Of a DNA stretch of 64,000 nucleotides, positions 43,239 through 59,166 are shown piece by piece. The translations under genes and the position numbers were made by a program. Source of the stretch: Eledone cirrhosa (lineage: Eukaryota); contig OZ024741.1 in NCBI GenBank assembly GCA_964016885.1, forward strand, positions 84,568,001 to 84,632,000. The letters run 5' to 3'. The notes below the pieces were generated by a model. The model was not told the origin of the DNA. It made no database searches and saw nothing but the letters and a program-made list of their open reading frames with translations. Position 1 is the stretch's first letter. Every line of letters begins with the position of its first letter.

Positions 43239-43717
43239 ATGACGTCATACATTAATATCCTGAAACAGGACACTCATCTGAAAACTAAGCAGGCGGTGAT
43301 TCAATCAAGAAACTGAAGACTGGCAATGTTACACAGAACAATATTGCAATGGGATTTAGCAGCGTTGGACTGGGGGTGAGGATCATACATAGCTACCTTA
43401 TATTGTGCTGTTTTGTTTCTAGAAGTCTCAGCTCTATCGCGATAATCATGTTTAATGCGTGATGATGGCGTATATTTGTAACTTATTTACTGTCAACAAC
43501 AAAGGTTAGTTCGCTACATCCACTGTATTTCGGTTATATATTTCAAAAACATTGTGTAAAATTGTATTTTGTCAGATTTTCTCTCTGGATTTCATTTGTT
43601 TCGTATTAAATTTCATTGTAACTTTCGTTAGAAAATGTCGAAAATAAAATAAAGAGAATAAAGTATAATAACTATGTTTATGTCTTAGTATCATATTACA
43701 TTATTTTATTAAATATT

Positions 43718-43898
43718 GGGGGATTGGCAGTATCGGTAGAGAGTCGGACGCCATGCTTTCCAGCATAATTACGTCCCTTTACGGTCTGAGTTCAAATCCC
43801 GTCGAGGTTAACTTTTCCTTTCATCCTTACGGGGTCGATAAAATAAAGTACCAGTAATGTACTGGATAATTGCTGGCCTTGTGCCAAATGTAGAAACA
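43718..43898 (+). mobile_element. tRNA-derived SINE with 18-bp TSD
   Basis: TSD attattttattaaatatt at 43700-43717 and 43899-43916. Confidence 0.92.
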
Positions 43899-44614
43899 AT
43901 TATTTTATTAAATATTTGCCTGAAAGCATTTTCCCCATTAGATATCAACACATTACCCACTATTTTGTGAAAAAAAATACCCATGAACAATAAGAATTTA
44001 AATAAGGAAATCGTACTGCTTAGATTAATGTTATACTAAATGTTTCCTCATTTGTAATTTAAGTAATTAAGTGGACAAGGTAAAATTCTCATAGTGATAG
44101 TATATACATTTTTGTTGCTTTTTTAGAGGACAATGTATGCTTTTTTGTTTGATGTATATGCGAAAGAGAGATAAAGATTTGACGGCCGGTCATGACGGTG
44201 GAGAGTCACATAGAAACGTAGTTGATAGTAAGTTTACGTATTCACAAAGCTAAATATACTGCAACAATATCTCATTGTGATAAATGGAAAGTTGAAATGG
44301 CGAATGTATCATTAAAATATTTACGAGCGACACTTCGTCCCAAGAGTAGATTACTTCAAATAACCATATTTTTAAAACTACATGAAATATCTCTGTACAG
44401 TATCGTACCGTACTGCTCTGACATAAACTTTTCTTGGCAAGGGAGAGGATTAATAGTATTTTGGGGAAGAATAGTCAAAAAAGCCTTCTCAGTTTTATGA
44501 CAAATACCTAACATCAATATATTATATTTTCTGCATATATCTCCATCCCTCCCTCTGTCTCTTCCTAGCGTTCTTTGTATATATATATATATATATATCT
44601 ATATCTATCTATCC

Positions 44615-44659
<45 letters not shown>

Positions 44660-44674
44660 TATATATATATAAAT

Positions 44675-44731
<57 letters not shown>

Positions 44732-44732
<1 letters not shown>

Positions 44733-44835
44733 TTGTTGAGTGAAACTTAGCCAAGCGTTGATATCATCCACTACCCGGAGTACCATGACTGGACTACACC
44801 TAAGTGGACTACCTACAACAATCATTTGTTACCCC

Positions 44836-44873
<38 letters not shown>

Positions 44874-44977
44874 GGGGTAACAAATGATTGTTGTAGGTAG
44901 TCCACTTAGGTGTAGTCCAGTCATGGTACTCCGGGTAGTGGATGATATCAACGCTTGGCTAAGTTTCACTCAACAAG
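44732..44977. repeat. Perfect palindrome: 105-bp arms around (TA)18
   Basis: 44732-44836 is the reverse complement of 44873-44977. Confidence 0.93.
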
Positions 44978-47418
<2,441 letters not shown>

Positions 47419-47527
47419 CATAGAGAGGGAAGGGGAGGGTGTTATACCATTATTTTATTGTAGCTTCCGTGTATATTGATTTACATGTTTACTTTGCTTA
47501 TATATATATATATAATGAATATATATA

Positions 47528-48341
47528 TATACAGACGTACAGTAGTATGTATATATATACATACATGCACACATATATATATGTACGTATGGATTTACCG
47601 AACATTTATTATAATGCTCGGTTTGTTTGTAAACAAACATTTCGAATTAAGCCGTACAGTGTCTAGCAAACATAGTTGCCCTTTTGTTCAACACTGACAA
47701 AGAAACGATGTACTAGTTTCAAGCTTATTACTTATCGTCATCAACGTATACCTTCCTGCCAGATGATTGAACGTCTAAAAGTATATACTTTCCTTATGCA
47801 TATTAATAGCTGAGCAGCCTAATTTGCATATCGAGTGAGTTAATCGGCCTGGCGCACCGAAAACGATAAATGGAAAAAATGAAACGAAATTTCATTTCTC
47901 ACTCTTAGTACGGCTGTTATTTAAATATAATTATGTATACGTACATACATATATGTATACATATATATATATGCTCAGCCGTTAATATGCATAAGGAAAG
48001 TATATACTTTCAGACGTTCAATCATCTGGCAGGAAGGTATACGGTGGTGACGATAGCTAATAAGCTTGGAACTAGTACATCGTTCCTTTGTCAGTGTTGA
48101 ACAAAAGGGCAACTATAGTTGCTAAACACTGTACGGCTTAATTCGGGATGTTTGTTTATAAACACACCGAGCATTATAATAAATGTTCGGTAAATCCATA
48201 CGTACATATATATATGTGTGCATGTATGTATATATATACATACTACTGTACGTCTGTATACATGTATGTATGTATACATACTTATATTTAAGTAACACCA
48301 GCCGTACTAAGAGTTAGAAATGAAATTTCGTTTCAATTTTT

Positions 48342-48344
<3 letters not shown>
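47528..48344. mobile_element. Permuted inverted-repeat mini-element
   Basis: A (47528-47816), x, B (47871-47950), (TA)n, A-rc (47972-48260), B-rc (48261-48344), (TA)n. Confidence 0.7.
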
Positions 48345-48396
<52 letters not shown>

Positions 48397-49516
48397 CGAT
48401 GGCTCTTTAGTCATTTATCTCTAGGACAACAACAATATTTAATTACATACACAATATTTTATCTTGTCGTTCTTTCATCTCACACCTTTTATGCTTTTTA
48501 TGGCGTCTGATTGCTAATAACATTCTGACTAATGTTGTGTTTGTTGTTTTTAAACTTTTTTTTACCAATTTACTAGTGTTACCAAAGGCGTGCTTTTAAC
48601 TTCATCATCAAATGTGAGTATTGTGTGCGTGTAATTTTGTGTTTGATTTGCTATGTAGGTTTGTTAGCACATGTCCTCAGAATTTAGTGATCTTTTCAAG
48701 TTATGTGCATTCATATAATTAGTTTACAACAATGTGGTTTAAACGTTGTGGATGTTTTGGGATGTTCGTTGTTCTCGACGACACGCACTCTGTTTGAGTA
48801 ATGAACGGAATTGCCTGATCGTGAAATAAACTTGCGAGTGACTGAGCATTCCACAGACACATGCATATTTTAACATAGTTCTCAGTAAGATTCACTCTGA
48901 CACAATGCCTGACAAGGCTAACTCATACGTTGGTGACGTCAAGTTCTTCAAACACGCACACATCACACACTCATATACATACACATATACATACACACAC
49001 ACATATACGTATACACGCACATACATATATATGTAAATGTTTATATATATATGTGTACGTCTGTGTGCGTGTGTGTGTGTGTATAAGTATCTGAGAGGAT
49101 GTGTCTCTATCTGTAGCTAACGCACTCTCCCGCTGTTACCAATGTATGAGACTTCAGTTGTTCGATCCTATAGGCTGTGTATTTCACACGTATCTTTGAC
49201 GTAATTCTAAAGTGAAGTTAGTGTGGCACAGTATACCATAGCTGCACCTACAGTACATCTAACAGATTTTCACACAGCTTCTGCCTACTAAATTTAACAC
49301 ACATGATGTGGCTATGGTAAAGGACATTTTATATATATCTTGTTATTTTGGAACTATATATATATATATAGGGGGGGGGGGGGCTGTGTGTATGGTTACG
49401 TGTATACTTGTGCGTATGTCTGTGTGTGTGTGTGTCTGCGTGTCTGTGTATTTGTGAGTGTATGGTGTGTATATATTTTTTGTACGTGTGTGTTTGTGTG
49501 GGTGTATACGTGTATA

Positions 49517-49550
<34 letters not shown>

Positions 49551-49551
<1 letters not shown>

Positions 49552-49875
49552 GTTTGCGAGGTTTTTTATATGAAATCGTGTGTCGAAACAAATATTGTTA
49601 TACTTGGGGAGGGTCATATTTGTGTAATATTGCCAGAATTAATAACAGAACACACTCACTGTTTGGTTGCTTTTCGCTTCTGTGTATTTTATATCGGTAA
49701 TCTAATTTACTCGGTCCTCAATGTTGCCATTGACTGACCAACGGTCAAAAATAATACAGATACAATATAGACACAAACACATATATATAGTTTATCATAA
49801 ATCAAACAGTGAGTGTGTTCTGTTATTAATTCTGGCAATATTACACAAATATGACCCTCCCCAAGTATAACAATA
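49551..49875 (-). mobile_element. Fold-back mini-element related to the 9557-10316 family
   Basis: Shared end atgaccctccc(a/c)aagtataacaatat plus tail tttc(a/g)acacacgatttca; arms about 49593-49665 and 49803-49875; (TA)n flanks. Confidence 0.8.
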
Positions 49876-50660
49876 TATATATATATAGATATATATATAT
49901 AGATATGTATATAGAAAGAGAGATAGTTAGATAGATAGATAGAAAAAGATAATAGATAGATAGATAGATAGATTATTAAACAGATTTCCATAATACGGAA
50001 GGATGCCCACACCTTTCTGCATTTCCGTAAACATATATGAACAGACTACTGACTGCTGGCAATATTATTCCACGAATACGTTTGAGTAGATATGCTACTA
50101 TTGTCCATTACTCAGGTATAATCTTGATGAGCTCCTTTGTTTTCTGTCCATGGCATTGCTGGATAATTCACATCATCGACATATGATATGTTATTAGCAT
50201 TATACTGTGTAATTACAACCTAATGTAGTTACTAATTGAAGTGTTTTTAGAGCAGTAACCTAATGTTATCTACTTATTTTCTAATGTGAAACGAAAAAAT
50301 AATCATAATAATATAAATCATGTATGATCTTATATCAGCATGTATCAAGCATTCGCTAATGCGTTTCAGTTGACCATGTAGGTAGGATCGAACACATAAC
50401 TCCCCTGATACCTCCAGCCCTTAACTAAAAGAAACATCTATCATGTTGCAGCTGAAGTAGATGGGGGCTGAAGCAGTAATGGGTTGGTACATCTTCGTAG
50501 TACATACAAACGAAAGAAATGCAACGTTGACCTCGGCGGAATTTGAGCTTAGAGCGCAAAGAGCCAGAGCAAAGACCGCCATGCATTATGACTGATGCTG
50601 CAATGACACTGGAAAACAGAGCTTGTTAGCTACTTTAGTTTTCATTATTATCAAAGGATG

Positions 50661-50845
50661 GGGGTGGATTGGCAGTATGGGTAGAGGATCGGACGCCATG
50701 CTTTGAAGCATAGAGTTACCTCCCAGTATGATCTGAGTTCAAATCCCGCCGAGGTTAACTTTGCCTTTCATCCTTCCGGGGTCGATAAAATAAAGTACCA
50801 GTAATGCACTGGATAATTGCTGGCCTTGTGCCAAAAGTAGATACA
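50661..50845 (+). mobile_element. tRNA-derived SINE with 17-bp TSD
   Basis: TSD attattatcaaaggatg at 50644-50660 and 50846-50862. Confidence 0.92.
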
Positions 50846-51465
50846 ATTATTATCAAAGGATGTTTAGCCTTAACTACTTATCTAGATTAAGTTTAGGGAT
50901 CTTTGTTTATTTATCCATATTGTGGATAAATACCCTAATCCGTTACACCATGGTGAAGAAATATGGAGTGGTCGAAGTTCCTTGTAAACACAGTTAAATC
51001 TTTCATGGTGGCGGGTAGGGGTTTGGGTGGCTGAACTTTCCTGTATAACAAAGAGGGAGTGGGTGAAGCCGGTCAAGCTTTAAAAGTAAATTCTAAGGAG
51101 TGTAGATAAAGTAGGCTAGCTAAAAAGCAAGCGAAAATAGAATTATACAGGAATCTGAAAATGGGAAATTATAAAATTAAAAAAACTAGTCTAAAACAAG
51201 AAAACCGGTATAATAAAATACTTCTAATTCAGTACCCCAGGGCTTCATCTCATAACGGTAAAATATCAATAACGATGCACCCCCTGAAAAAGAAAACAGT
51301 TGCTATACTTTTAGCTGGTGTTGTGTTTTCAGCCAATGTTATATAGCTTTCACGGGGGTGGGGGTACTAAGGCTATAAAACTCTCAGTTTCAACCACCCG
51401 AAATGTTACCCGACCTTATACACCAGACGAATTAGATCCGCCAAAATAAAGCATAAGCTCAATAA

Positions 51466-51516
<51 letters not shown>

Positions 51517-51550
51517 GCATATGTGGTTGTATATATATATATATATATAT

Positions 51551-52071
51551 ATGATGATGGCTGCCCCCTCGTTATCGAGTATGGCCATTGTAAGACATAC
51601 CATTATTAATAATTATTAATTAATTCTATAGTGCAATGCCTGTGCGTGAGGATATTTTTTTAAGTGAGGAAAGACTGTGCACTGAGCCAATCCCACTCTG
51701 AGCGACAGTAGCTATAACCCGAAAAGAAAAAAAGATCATATCATCGGTAACTACTGAGCTGCAGGTTTTATATCGGATTTATCCCAGTTTCCTGAGTTGC
51801 TTTCTCCTAGAAGAATGCACTGATAAAGGCTAGGGGTCCTTCACTCCCAGTGGTTTAACCGCGCGGTACATGTGTATATACATATTTACACAATTTCGGA
51901 TGGCCGTTGACTATTATGAGTTCTTCCGCCTTTGTCAGGTTTTGTTTTTGGCCCTACAGGGTGTCCAAAATCACCTTCCTCACCAAGTAAACTTGGTGGG
52001 GTTGCCGGTTTAGTCGCCGACGCCCCGACTATGCGACAGGTTGTACTGGATTACATGTTACCAGTAGCACA
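51551..52071 (-). mobile_element. RTE-derived non-autonomous element, relative of 63414-64000
   Basis: cttggtggggttgccggtttagtcgcc..caggttgtactgg and atggctgcc..ctcgtt.tcgagtatggcca shared with later copies. Confidence 0.7.
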
Positions 52072-52353
52072 CTCAATAGTGACCCGACATATATATATAT
52101 ATATATATACATACATACATATATATATATATATACAAATAAAATACAGAGTTATTAACTCATATTGATATCTTGCAATTAAACAAGCTCAAAGTATAAA
52201 TACTGAGCATTATATAGTAATATATTTATAAATAAACACAGTAAATTTCGTGTCTAAAATTACGAGGGTAGAGAATGCCACAAATATTTTAAATATTTAA
52301 TCTTAAACATACAGTAGGATATCATTTTATACTGACCGTATCAAAAATATTTC

Positions 52354-52442
52354 ATCTCTCGGACAGATTAGAGATTTAATCTGTTTCGTCCTGAAAATTG
52401 TGTTTGTAACAAATAATCTGTAGGCTATCATCAGCGAGAGAT
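52354..52442 (-). ncRNA. Type I hammerhead ribozyme with full stem III
   Basis: atctctcg-CTGATGA-..-GAAA-cagatta/taatctg-TC-cgagagat; 8-bp stem I, GUC triplet, imperfect stem II. Confidence 0.8.
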
Positions 52443-52671
52443 TAGATCAAATGAAACAAAACACATCTAACAGCAACTGGAGGAGTAAAAATATGCTCCT
52501 CGTGGGCTGCACGCTATACGTGGTATGAGTGGTTATGCTAGAAATAATAGCCTTATTACACTCAATTACACACGAAATACAAATAAGATATAGAGTTATT
52601 AACTCATATTGATACCCTCATATTTTTACTCCTCCGGTTGCTGTTAGATGTGTTTTGTTTCATTTGATCTA

Positions 52672-52752
52672 ATCTCTCGCTGATGATAGCCTACAGATAC
52701 AAACACAGTTTTCATGGCGGAACAGATTAAATCTCTAATCTGTCCGAGAGAT
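52672..52752 (+). ncRNA. Hammerhead copy in inverted arm, GAAA changed to GGAA
   Basis: Same stems I and III; core damaged. Confidence 0.6.
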
Positions 52753-52886
52753 GAAATGTTTTTGATATGGTGAGTATAAAATTATATAATACTGTATGTT
52801 TAAGATTAAATACTTAAAACATTTGTGGCATTCTCTACCCTCGTAATATTTTAGACACGAAATTTACTATTTATATATACATATAT

Positions 52887-52917
<31 letters not shown>

Positions 52918-52922
<5 letters not shown>

Positions 52923-54900
52923 GGAAGCAGAAAATTGCTTATTGTGATCCAGTTCGTGGTTAAGAAAGCCAGTTTCATGGACGGTTTCAACGTACGGTTA
53001 GGGGTAACTCCACAAGTTTGTAAGAATTCCGTTCAATCTTGGAGTATAAAGTATGAAAGAGAAAACACAGGTAAGCATTAAGAGAAGGATTTTATCCAGG
53101 TATTTACGACCGTTTTATTGGTAAGTGCAACCTTATATTGCTATACTGCAAATAGCAGCCACTCAATTATAATTGTTGTTCACGTCCAAATTTTCAAAAT
53201 AGTGAGTAAGTTACTCTTGAAATAGTTCGTAATATATAGAGTAAAACATATTTTTGGAATTGTATTTACTAGACATATATTAGACATAGTGATAGCACAA
53301 ATGAAGAATAAACTTGTGATTAAACTATGGGGTAACGCTACCGAAACAATTAAGTGGTTTAACAATATAGCTAACAAAAAAGTATCTAAATCTATACAAT
53401 TTGACATTAACGACTATTACTCCTCTATATCCCGCAACACCTTGGATAAAGTCTTAGCATTCGCCAAAGCCAATTCTGACCTAACAGACGACGAGATAAA
53501 AATCATATTAGCTGCTAGGAAAACAATAATTAAATTTGAAAACGCCTATTGGGAACGTAAGGATAGATTATATAACTTTGACATCACGATGGGAGCTAAC
53601 GACTCGGCTCAAGTCACAGATTTAGTAGGTATTTACATAGCCCATAGTTTACAGAGTGAGTTTAGCGACCTTCACGGTGGAATCTACAGAGACGACGCCC
53701 TTCTCCTAGTTAAGAACCTAAATAACCAGAGCATAGAAAGACTCCGTAAGAATATTAGAAAGACTCCCGGGAAACTAGGCCTTAGCGTATGAGTATAGCA
53801 CTAAAATAGTTAACGTATGAGTATAGCACTAAAATAGTTAACTTTCTAGACGCGACGCTTAACCTAAATACGGGACTTATAAGACCTTTTCACAAGATTA
53901 ATGAAAACTTAGCATACATCGACTGTAACTCAAACCACCCACTATCCATAATTAAATCCATTCCACGCGGCATATCCCTTAGGATCTCCCGCCTCTCGTC
54001 TAACCGACAAATCTTCGAGGAACATGCAGAATACTACAATACCGCATTAGACAAGGCAGGCCACTTATATAGAGTAGAATATATATATGAAAGCCTCTGC
54101 AAAGCGCACACGAACACGCATAACACAAACTCCAGAAACACACGCACACGCGCACTTACGCATAGAACTACAAAGTATACGGTAAATAGAAATACAACAT
54201 CGAAACCAAACAAGTCACGCAGTAGAAAATATATTTGGTATAACCCCATATTTAACACCTCTATTAGTACTAACCTACCCTCTACCTTCTTTAGAATAAT
54301 AAATAAGCACTTTCTAGATTCACATAGATACAGCAAAATCCTTAACACTAAATCTATTAGACTATCTTGCTCCACGGCACCAAATATAGAGGCACACATT
54401 AAGATGCTTAACGCTAAAAAGATAAATAACAACACCAGAACACAAATTTACAACAATAACAATACAATCACCATTGAACACAACAGAATATCTAATACAC
54501 AACCACCCACTAATAGGCAAACAAAACGTAACACACTTGTACAGGCATCGCAGGCCACCAATAATGCAAAAGTTGCCCATGACAAGAATTGTAACTGCCA
54601 CCTACCTGAAACCTGTCCATTACATAATGAATGTATGCAGTCTAACCTGGTTTACCAATGCACAGTGGAATCAGACAACCAGAAATGGTATTACATCGGA
54701 GCCCGTTGGTATACACACCGTTACGCAATGAAACATTCCCAGCATCGTTATGTAAATACCCTTGCAAACAAGACCTGGCACCTGAGGGAAAGTAACCATC
54801 AATACACCCTGAAGTGGAAAAAATTATCGAACGCGCCCCCATATCGGAGTGGTATGAGAAGCTGTCGATTATGTGACCTTGAGCTGTTCCACATTTTGAG
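52918..54900 (+). mobile_element. PLE-6: truncated Hydra-clade-like element (about 53262-54900) preceded by a probable inverted pLTR/tail (52918-53260)
   Basis: IQFDINDYYSSI, GGIYRDD, CNCHLPETCPL, NLVY..YYIG, CRLCDLE; 28-bp duplication at 53786-53841; close to the PLE-1 and PLE-5 proteins. Confidence 0.88.
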
Positions 54901-56843
54901 TTCCACACATCTCGTGTAGATAGAAAATGCTTTTTCCTTTCTTCGTAACGAAGTCATTCTGTTCTATGTTGCCGAAAGACCTCCTTCATCCCCTTCTTTT
55001 ATTATTTCTTCTGTTAAATTTTGGAACATTTTTTTTCTCATCCAGTCCAAGTTTATCGTCAATTGAAGTCAACGCTACTATCTTTTGGCTAGGGTCAGGC
55101 AACTGAAATTGTCTCCCCGAGTTCGATGTAATGGGAGAGAAAACACAAGAGCACTTGTGGTGATGGTGGTGTACCTGTAGTGGATGGTGGTAGGGGTGAA
55201 ATTTATGGTTGTGATTGTAGTGATGTAAGTGATGGCGGTGGTGTATGTGATTGTGGTTGTGTAAGTGGTGGTGAGGGAGTAATAATAAAGCTTCTGAGAA
55301 AATGTTTTGTAGCATTTCATTACGTTGCCTAGTGATAAGGGTGGTGGACTTACGATCAGAATGTGTGTGTTCAATTCCTGGACTGGGTTGTGTGTACTGT
55401 TCTTGTGGAAAATACTTCATTCCACGCTGCCACGTACACTCAGCTAGAAATGAGCACCAGCAATAGCTGGGAGATTAGCCCTGCGAGGGACTGGCATATT
55501 GTCGAGGGGTGAGTCTTGTAAACTCAGTCATTTCATGCAACGGAAACCGGGGTAAGCACAGGCTTGATGAGCCTTCGTGTTTGAGACAGACTTTAGACAT
55601 AAACTTTACGTTCTGAATTCAAATCATCTCGAGAGCAACTTGATTTTTAATACTTCCGAGATCGATGAAATTTAGTACTAATCTGTGTCGATGTAATCAA
55701 ATATCCCCTACTTTGATATTGTTGACTTTCTGCCAAAATAAGAAATCATTAAGTCATATATTAGTTCAATACCAGCCGAGGTCAACTCTCGGAGTCGATA
55801 TAATAGAATACCTGTGGAGTATTGGGATTGACTAATTGGATGTGTCTGTCTGCCACCCCCACACAAAATCCTGGTATTCTGCCTAAATTAAGAAAATATA
55901 AGTACGAAATTATATATTTAACTAAAGATCATTATTCTTGATTACATTGATAATTAAATCTCAATATAATGTATTTTGTTAAAAATATGATCATAAAAGA
56001 GTTAAGTCATGCGATTTCATTTGTTGTTCTTTTCGATTAAGTTACACCTGACTTTGATATATGTAGCAGAAGAGGATATAGGCTAAATCAATTTGATTTC
56101 ACCAGCGAGCTTAACGCATTAGCCTAGATTAATGTATTATTTATTAGAAAGGCATAAGTCTTCAGAATTTATCAGATATGAGAAATAACGATTTATAACG
56201 CTCGGTCGTTTTTCTAGAGTTTTGTAATATAAATGTGATAAAATGTTTCCTTATGAGAAGGAAGATACACTGTCGCAATTTCGGCTGCTCTGAAATTTCA
56301 CATAATGGCTCGTTTCAATTAAATGTTGCATCTATCAATTTCTAATTTAAGCTTCAGGCGAGCCAGTTTACACTTGAATGGTACTTTAATCTATCACCCC
56401 GGGAACGATGAAAGGCAAAGTTGACCTCAAAATTATTTGAACTGAGTGTGTAAAGAGCGAGAACAAATAATGGAATGGCATTTTAAAATGTTGCATATAT
56501 TTATGACAAATATGTAAAACAAACATATATTGAATGAATGAGGAGACCACTATGCGCTAAAATATCAACCAAATCATCTCATATTTTACCGTTATTATTT
56601 TAAAGGTTACATTAATTACTATTATGCACGTAGCTATTCTGTCGAAACCATGGGTGGTATGCCGTTGATCATATGAGTTCTAGATCAGAGCTAGTCTAGG
56701 GCTGAATAATTGGTAAAACTCTCCCATTTGACATCCCATCGTTTACTCAACTTGCGTTCCTCCATCTCTCTCTGTCTTACTATTTCTTTATTTCTCCGTC
56801 TTCCATTCTTTTTTACTATTTATACGTCACTAATACATATATG

Positions 56844-56895
<52 letters not shown>

Positions 56896-56965
56896 TGTGT
56901 GTGTGAGTTTGTGTGTGTGTGAGTGTGTGTTTATACATATATGTATACATACATGCATACATACA

Positions 56966-57402
56966 CTCGTTTTCGAGTACGGCCACTACTTTATATCCAT
57001 GTAGGATAACCCCTACCGATGCGCTGAACGAGTGTGACTTTTTAGTCCAGCCAGCGACTTGAAAACTCTGGTACAAACACTACACTTGTGACAATTATTG
57101 ACACATAGTGCTGGGCCCATGGTACCATGTGACGACAAGTACAGAGAGATCTCCAGATATAAAGCAATGCCTGTGCCCTGAAGCTTTTATAGTGAGCAAA
57201 GGCACTGCACAAAGCCAGTCCCACTCTCTTAACCAAGATGATATTTACCAAAAAGAAGAACAAGTCAACATCATTGGATACCATCAGGGTTGCAGGTGTT
57301 ATATCAGAGTTTTCCTTCTCCTAGAATTTTGCCTTGACAAAGGCTAAGAGGTCATCTCTCCCGGTGATTTTGGATGGCCATTGACTCTTAAGAGCTCCTT
57401 TG
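56966..57402 (-). mobile_element. RTE-derived SINE-like element, copy 1
   Basis: Similar to 58698-59134 and 63414-63850; (CATA)n flanks. Confidence 0.75.
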
Positions 57403-57452
57403 CATACATACATACATACATACATACATACATACATACATACATACATACA

Positions 57453-57480
<28 letters not shown>

Positions 57481-57485
<5 letters not shown>

Positions 57486-57974
57486 TGAGACAGATGGCAC
57501 TAAGGAATACTGGTGGGACCTGAAAATAAAAACTGCCACCAAATTAAAGCACAACCGGCCTGATATTGTTGTTTGGGACCACACATTGAAAACGTGTTCT
57601 GTTGTGGAGATCAGCTGCCCACTTGATGTAAACGTTGTCAGAAAAATACAGGAGAAGGAGGACATCTACGGACCATTGATAAGGAATTTACAAATCAAGT
57701 ATCCAAGATATACATTTAGCTTCATACCCTTCATTATTGGAGCTACAGGTTATATACCAACCCGCTAGGACCAATGTATAACGGAACTTGGATTTGCGGA
57801 CAAAGAGCGCAGCTCCCTAATTCATAGTCTACAAATGGTTGCGATAGCTGGCACCTTCAGAATTTGCAAAACATTCTTGCGATTCAAGGGATGACAATTT
57901 CTTTTCTTTTACAACCTTGCCACCAGGAAGGTGGCCGGGCAAAAATATACTCGAAATTAAGAGAAAAAGATGAT
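57481..57974 (+). mobile_element. 3' fragment of R4/Dong-like family A
   Basis: [27 protein letters not shown]; matches 62880-63370. Confidence 0.88.
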
Positions 57975-57989
57975 ACATACATACATATA

Positions 57990-58608
57990 TATGTACATAA
58001 TATGAAAGAGTACTGGTGGAATGTTCCAGTAAAAACCCCAATAAAATGCAGGCATAACAGACCAGATATTATGATATGGGACAGGCAGAAGAAAGCATGC
58101 ACAGTAGTGGAATTTAGCTGCCCAGCAGATGCCAATATAATATCAAAGATTAGTGAAAAGGAAATATTTATGCAGAACTGATGATAAATCTGCAGATACT
58201 CCACCCTGATTACACCTTCAGATTTATGCCTGTGATTATTGGGGTACAGGGTATGTTAGTAACTGCCTCAATACAAATCTTGAGAAGCTAGGCTTCACAG
58301 GAACAGAAAGAACATAACTAGTTAGGAAATTACAAGTACAATCCATTAATAGAACAGTAAAAATATGTAAAACATTCCAAAATTGTGCATCTAATAACTG
58401 CATATACACATGTACAGATGCAAACCATATACACATGCACACATACACATCCACACATACAATAACATCCATATCTACACATGCATGCATACATACATAT
58501 CTACCTAGTTGATGTTGTGTAAATTCCAATGAGAGAGTCTTGTGTCTATGTTAGAAATCGACTCTCTCTCTCTTGGTAAAACTTTGTGAAATTATAAAAC
58601 CAGAAGAA
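57990..58608 (+). mobile_element. 3' fragment of R4/Dong-like family B
   Basis: YWWNVPVKTP..HNRPDIMIWD..VVEFSCP; matches 24340-24848; ends in (CATA)n. Confidence 0.88.
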
Positions 58609-58697
58609 CATACATACATACATACATACATACATACATACATACATACATACATACATACATACATACATACATACATACATACATACATACATAC

Positions 58698-59134
58698 ATG
58701 GTGGCTGCCAACTCGTTTTCGAGTACGGCCACTACTTTATATCCATGTAGGAGAACCCCTACCGATGCGCTCAACAAGCGTGACTTTTTAGTCCAACCTG
58801 CGACTTGAAAACTCTGGTACAAACACTACACTTGTGACAATTATTGACACAGTGCTGGACCCATGGTACCATGTGATGACAAGTACAGAGAGATCTCCAG
58901 ATATAAAGCAATGTCTGTGCCGTGAAGCTTTTATAGTGAGAAAAGGCACTGCACAAAGCCAGTCCCACTCTCTTAACCAAGATGATATTTACCAAAAAGA
59001 AGAACAAGTCAACATCATTGGGTACCATCAGAGTTGCAGGTGTTATATCAGAGTTTTCCTTCTCCTAGAATTCTGCCTTGACAAAGGCTAAGGGGTCATC
59101 TCTCCCGGTAACAAAGGCTAAGGGGTCATCTCTC
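58698..59134 (-). mobile_element. RTE-derived SINE-like element, copy 2
   Basis: Encodes an RTE-type terminal Zn-finger remnant CSVCTRVFKSQVGLKSH; (ATGT)n tail. Confidence 0.75.
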
Positions 59135-59166
59135 ATACATACATACTTACATACATACATACATAC

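Larger units (their letters stand above)
52133..52895 (-). mobile_element. Retrozyme-like mini-element: 444-bp unit with partial tandem and inverted copy
   Basis: 38-bp direct repeat at 52133-52170 and 52577-52614; inverted arms 52211-52495 and 52619-52895; (TA)n flanks. Confidence 0.85.

Noticed and set aside
44884-44977. Novel N-terminal domain on the 396-aa ORF
   Set aside because: It is the inverted flank duplication fused in frame, most likely by chance
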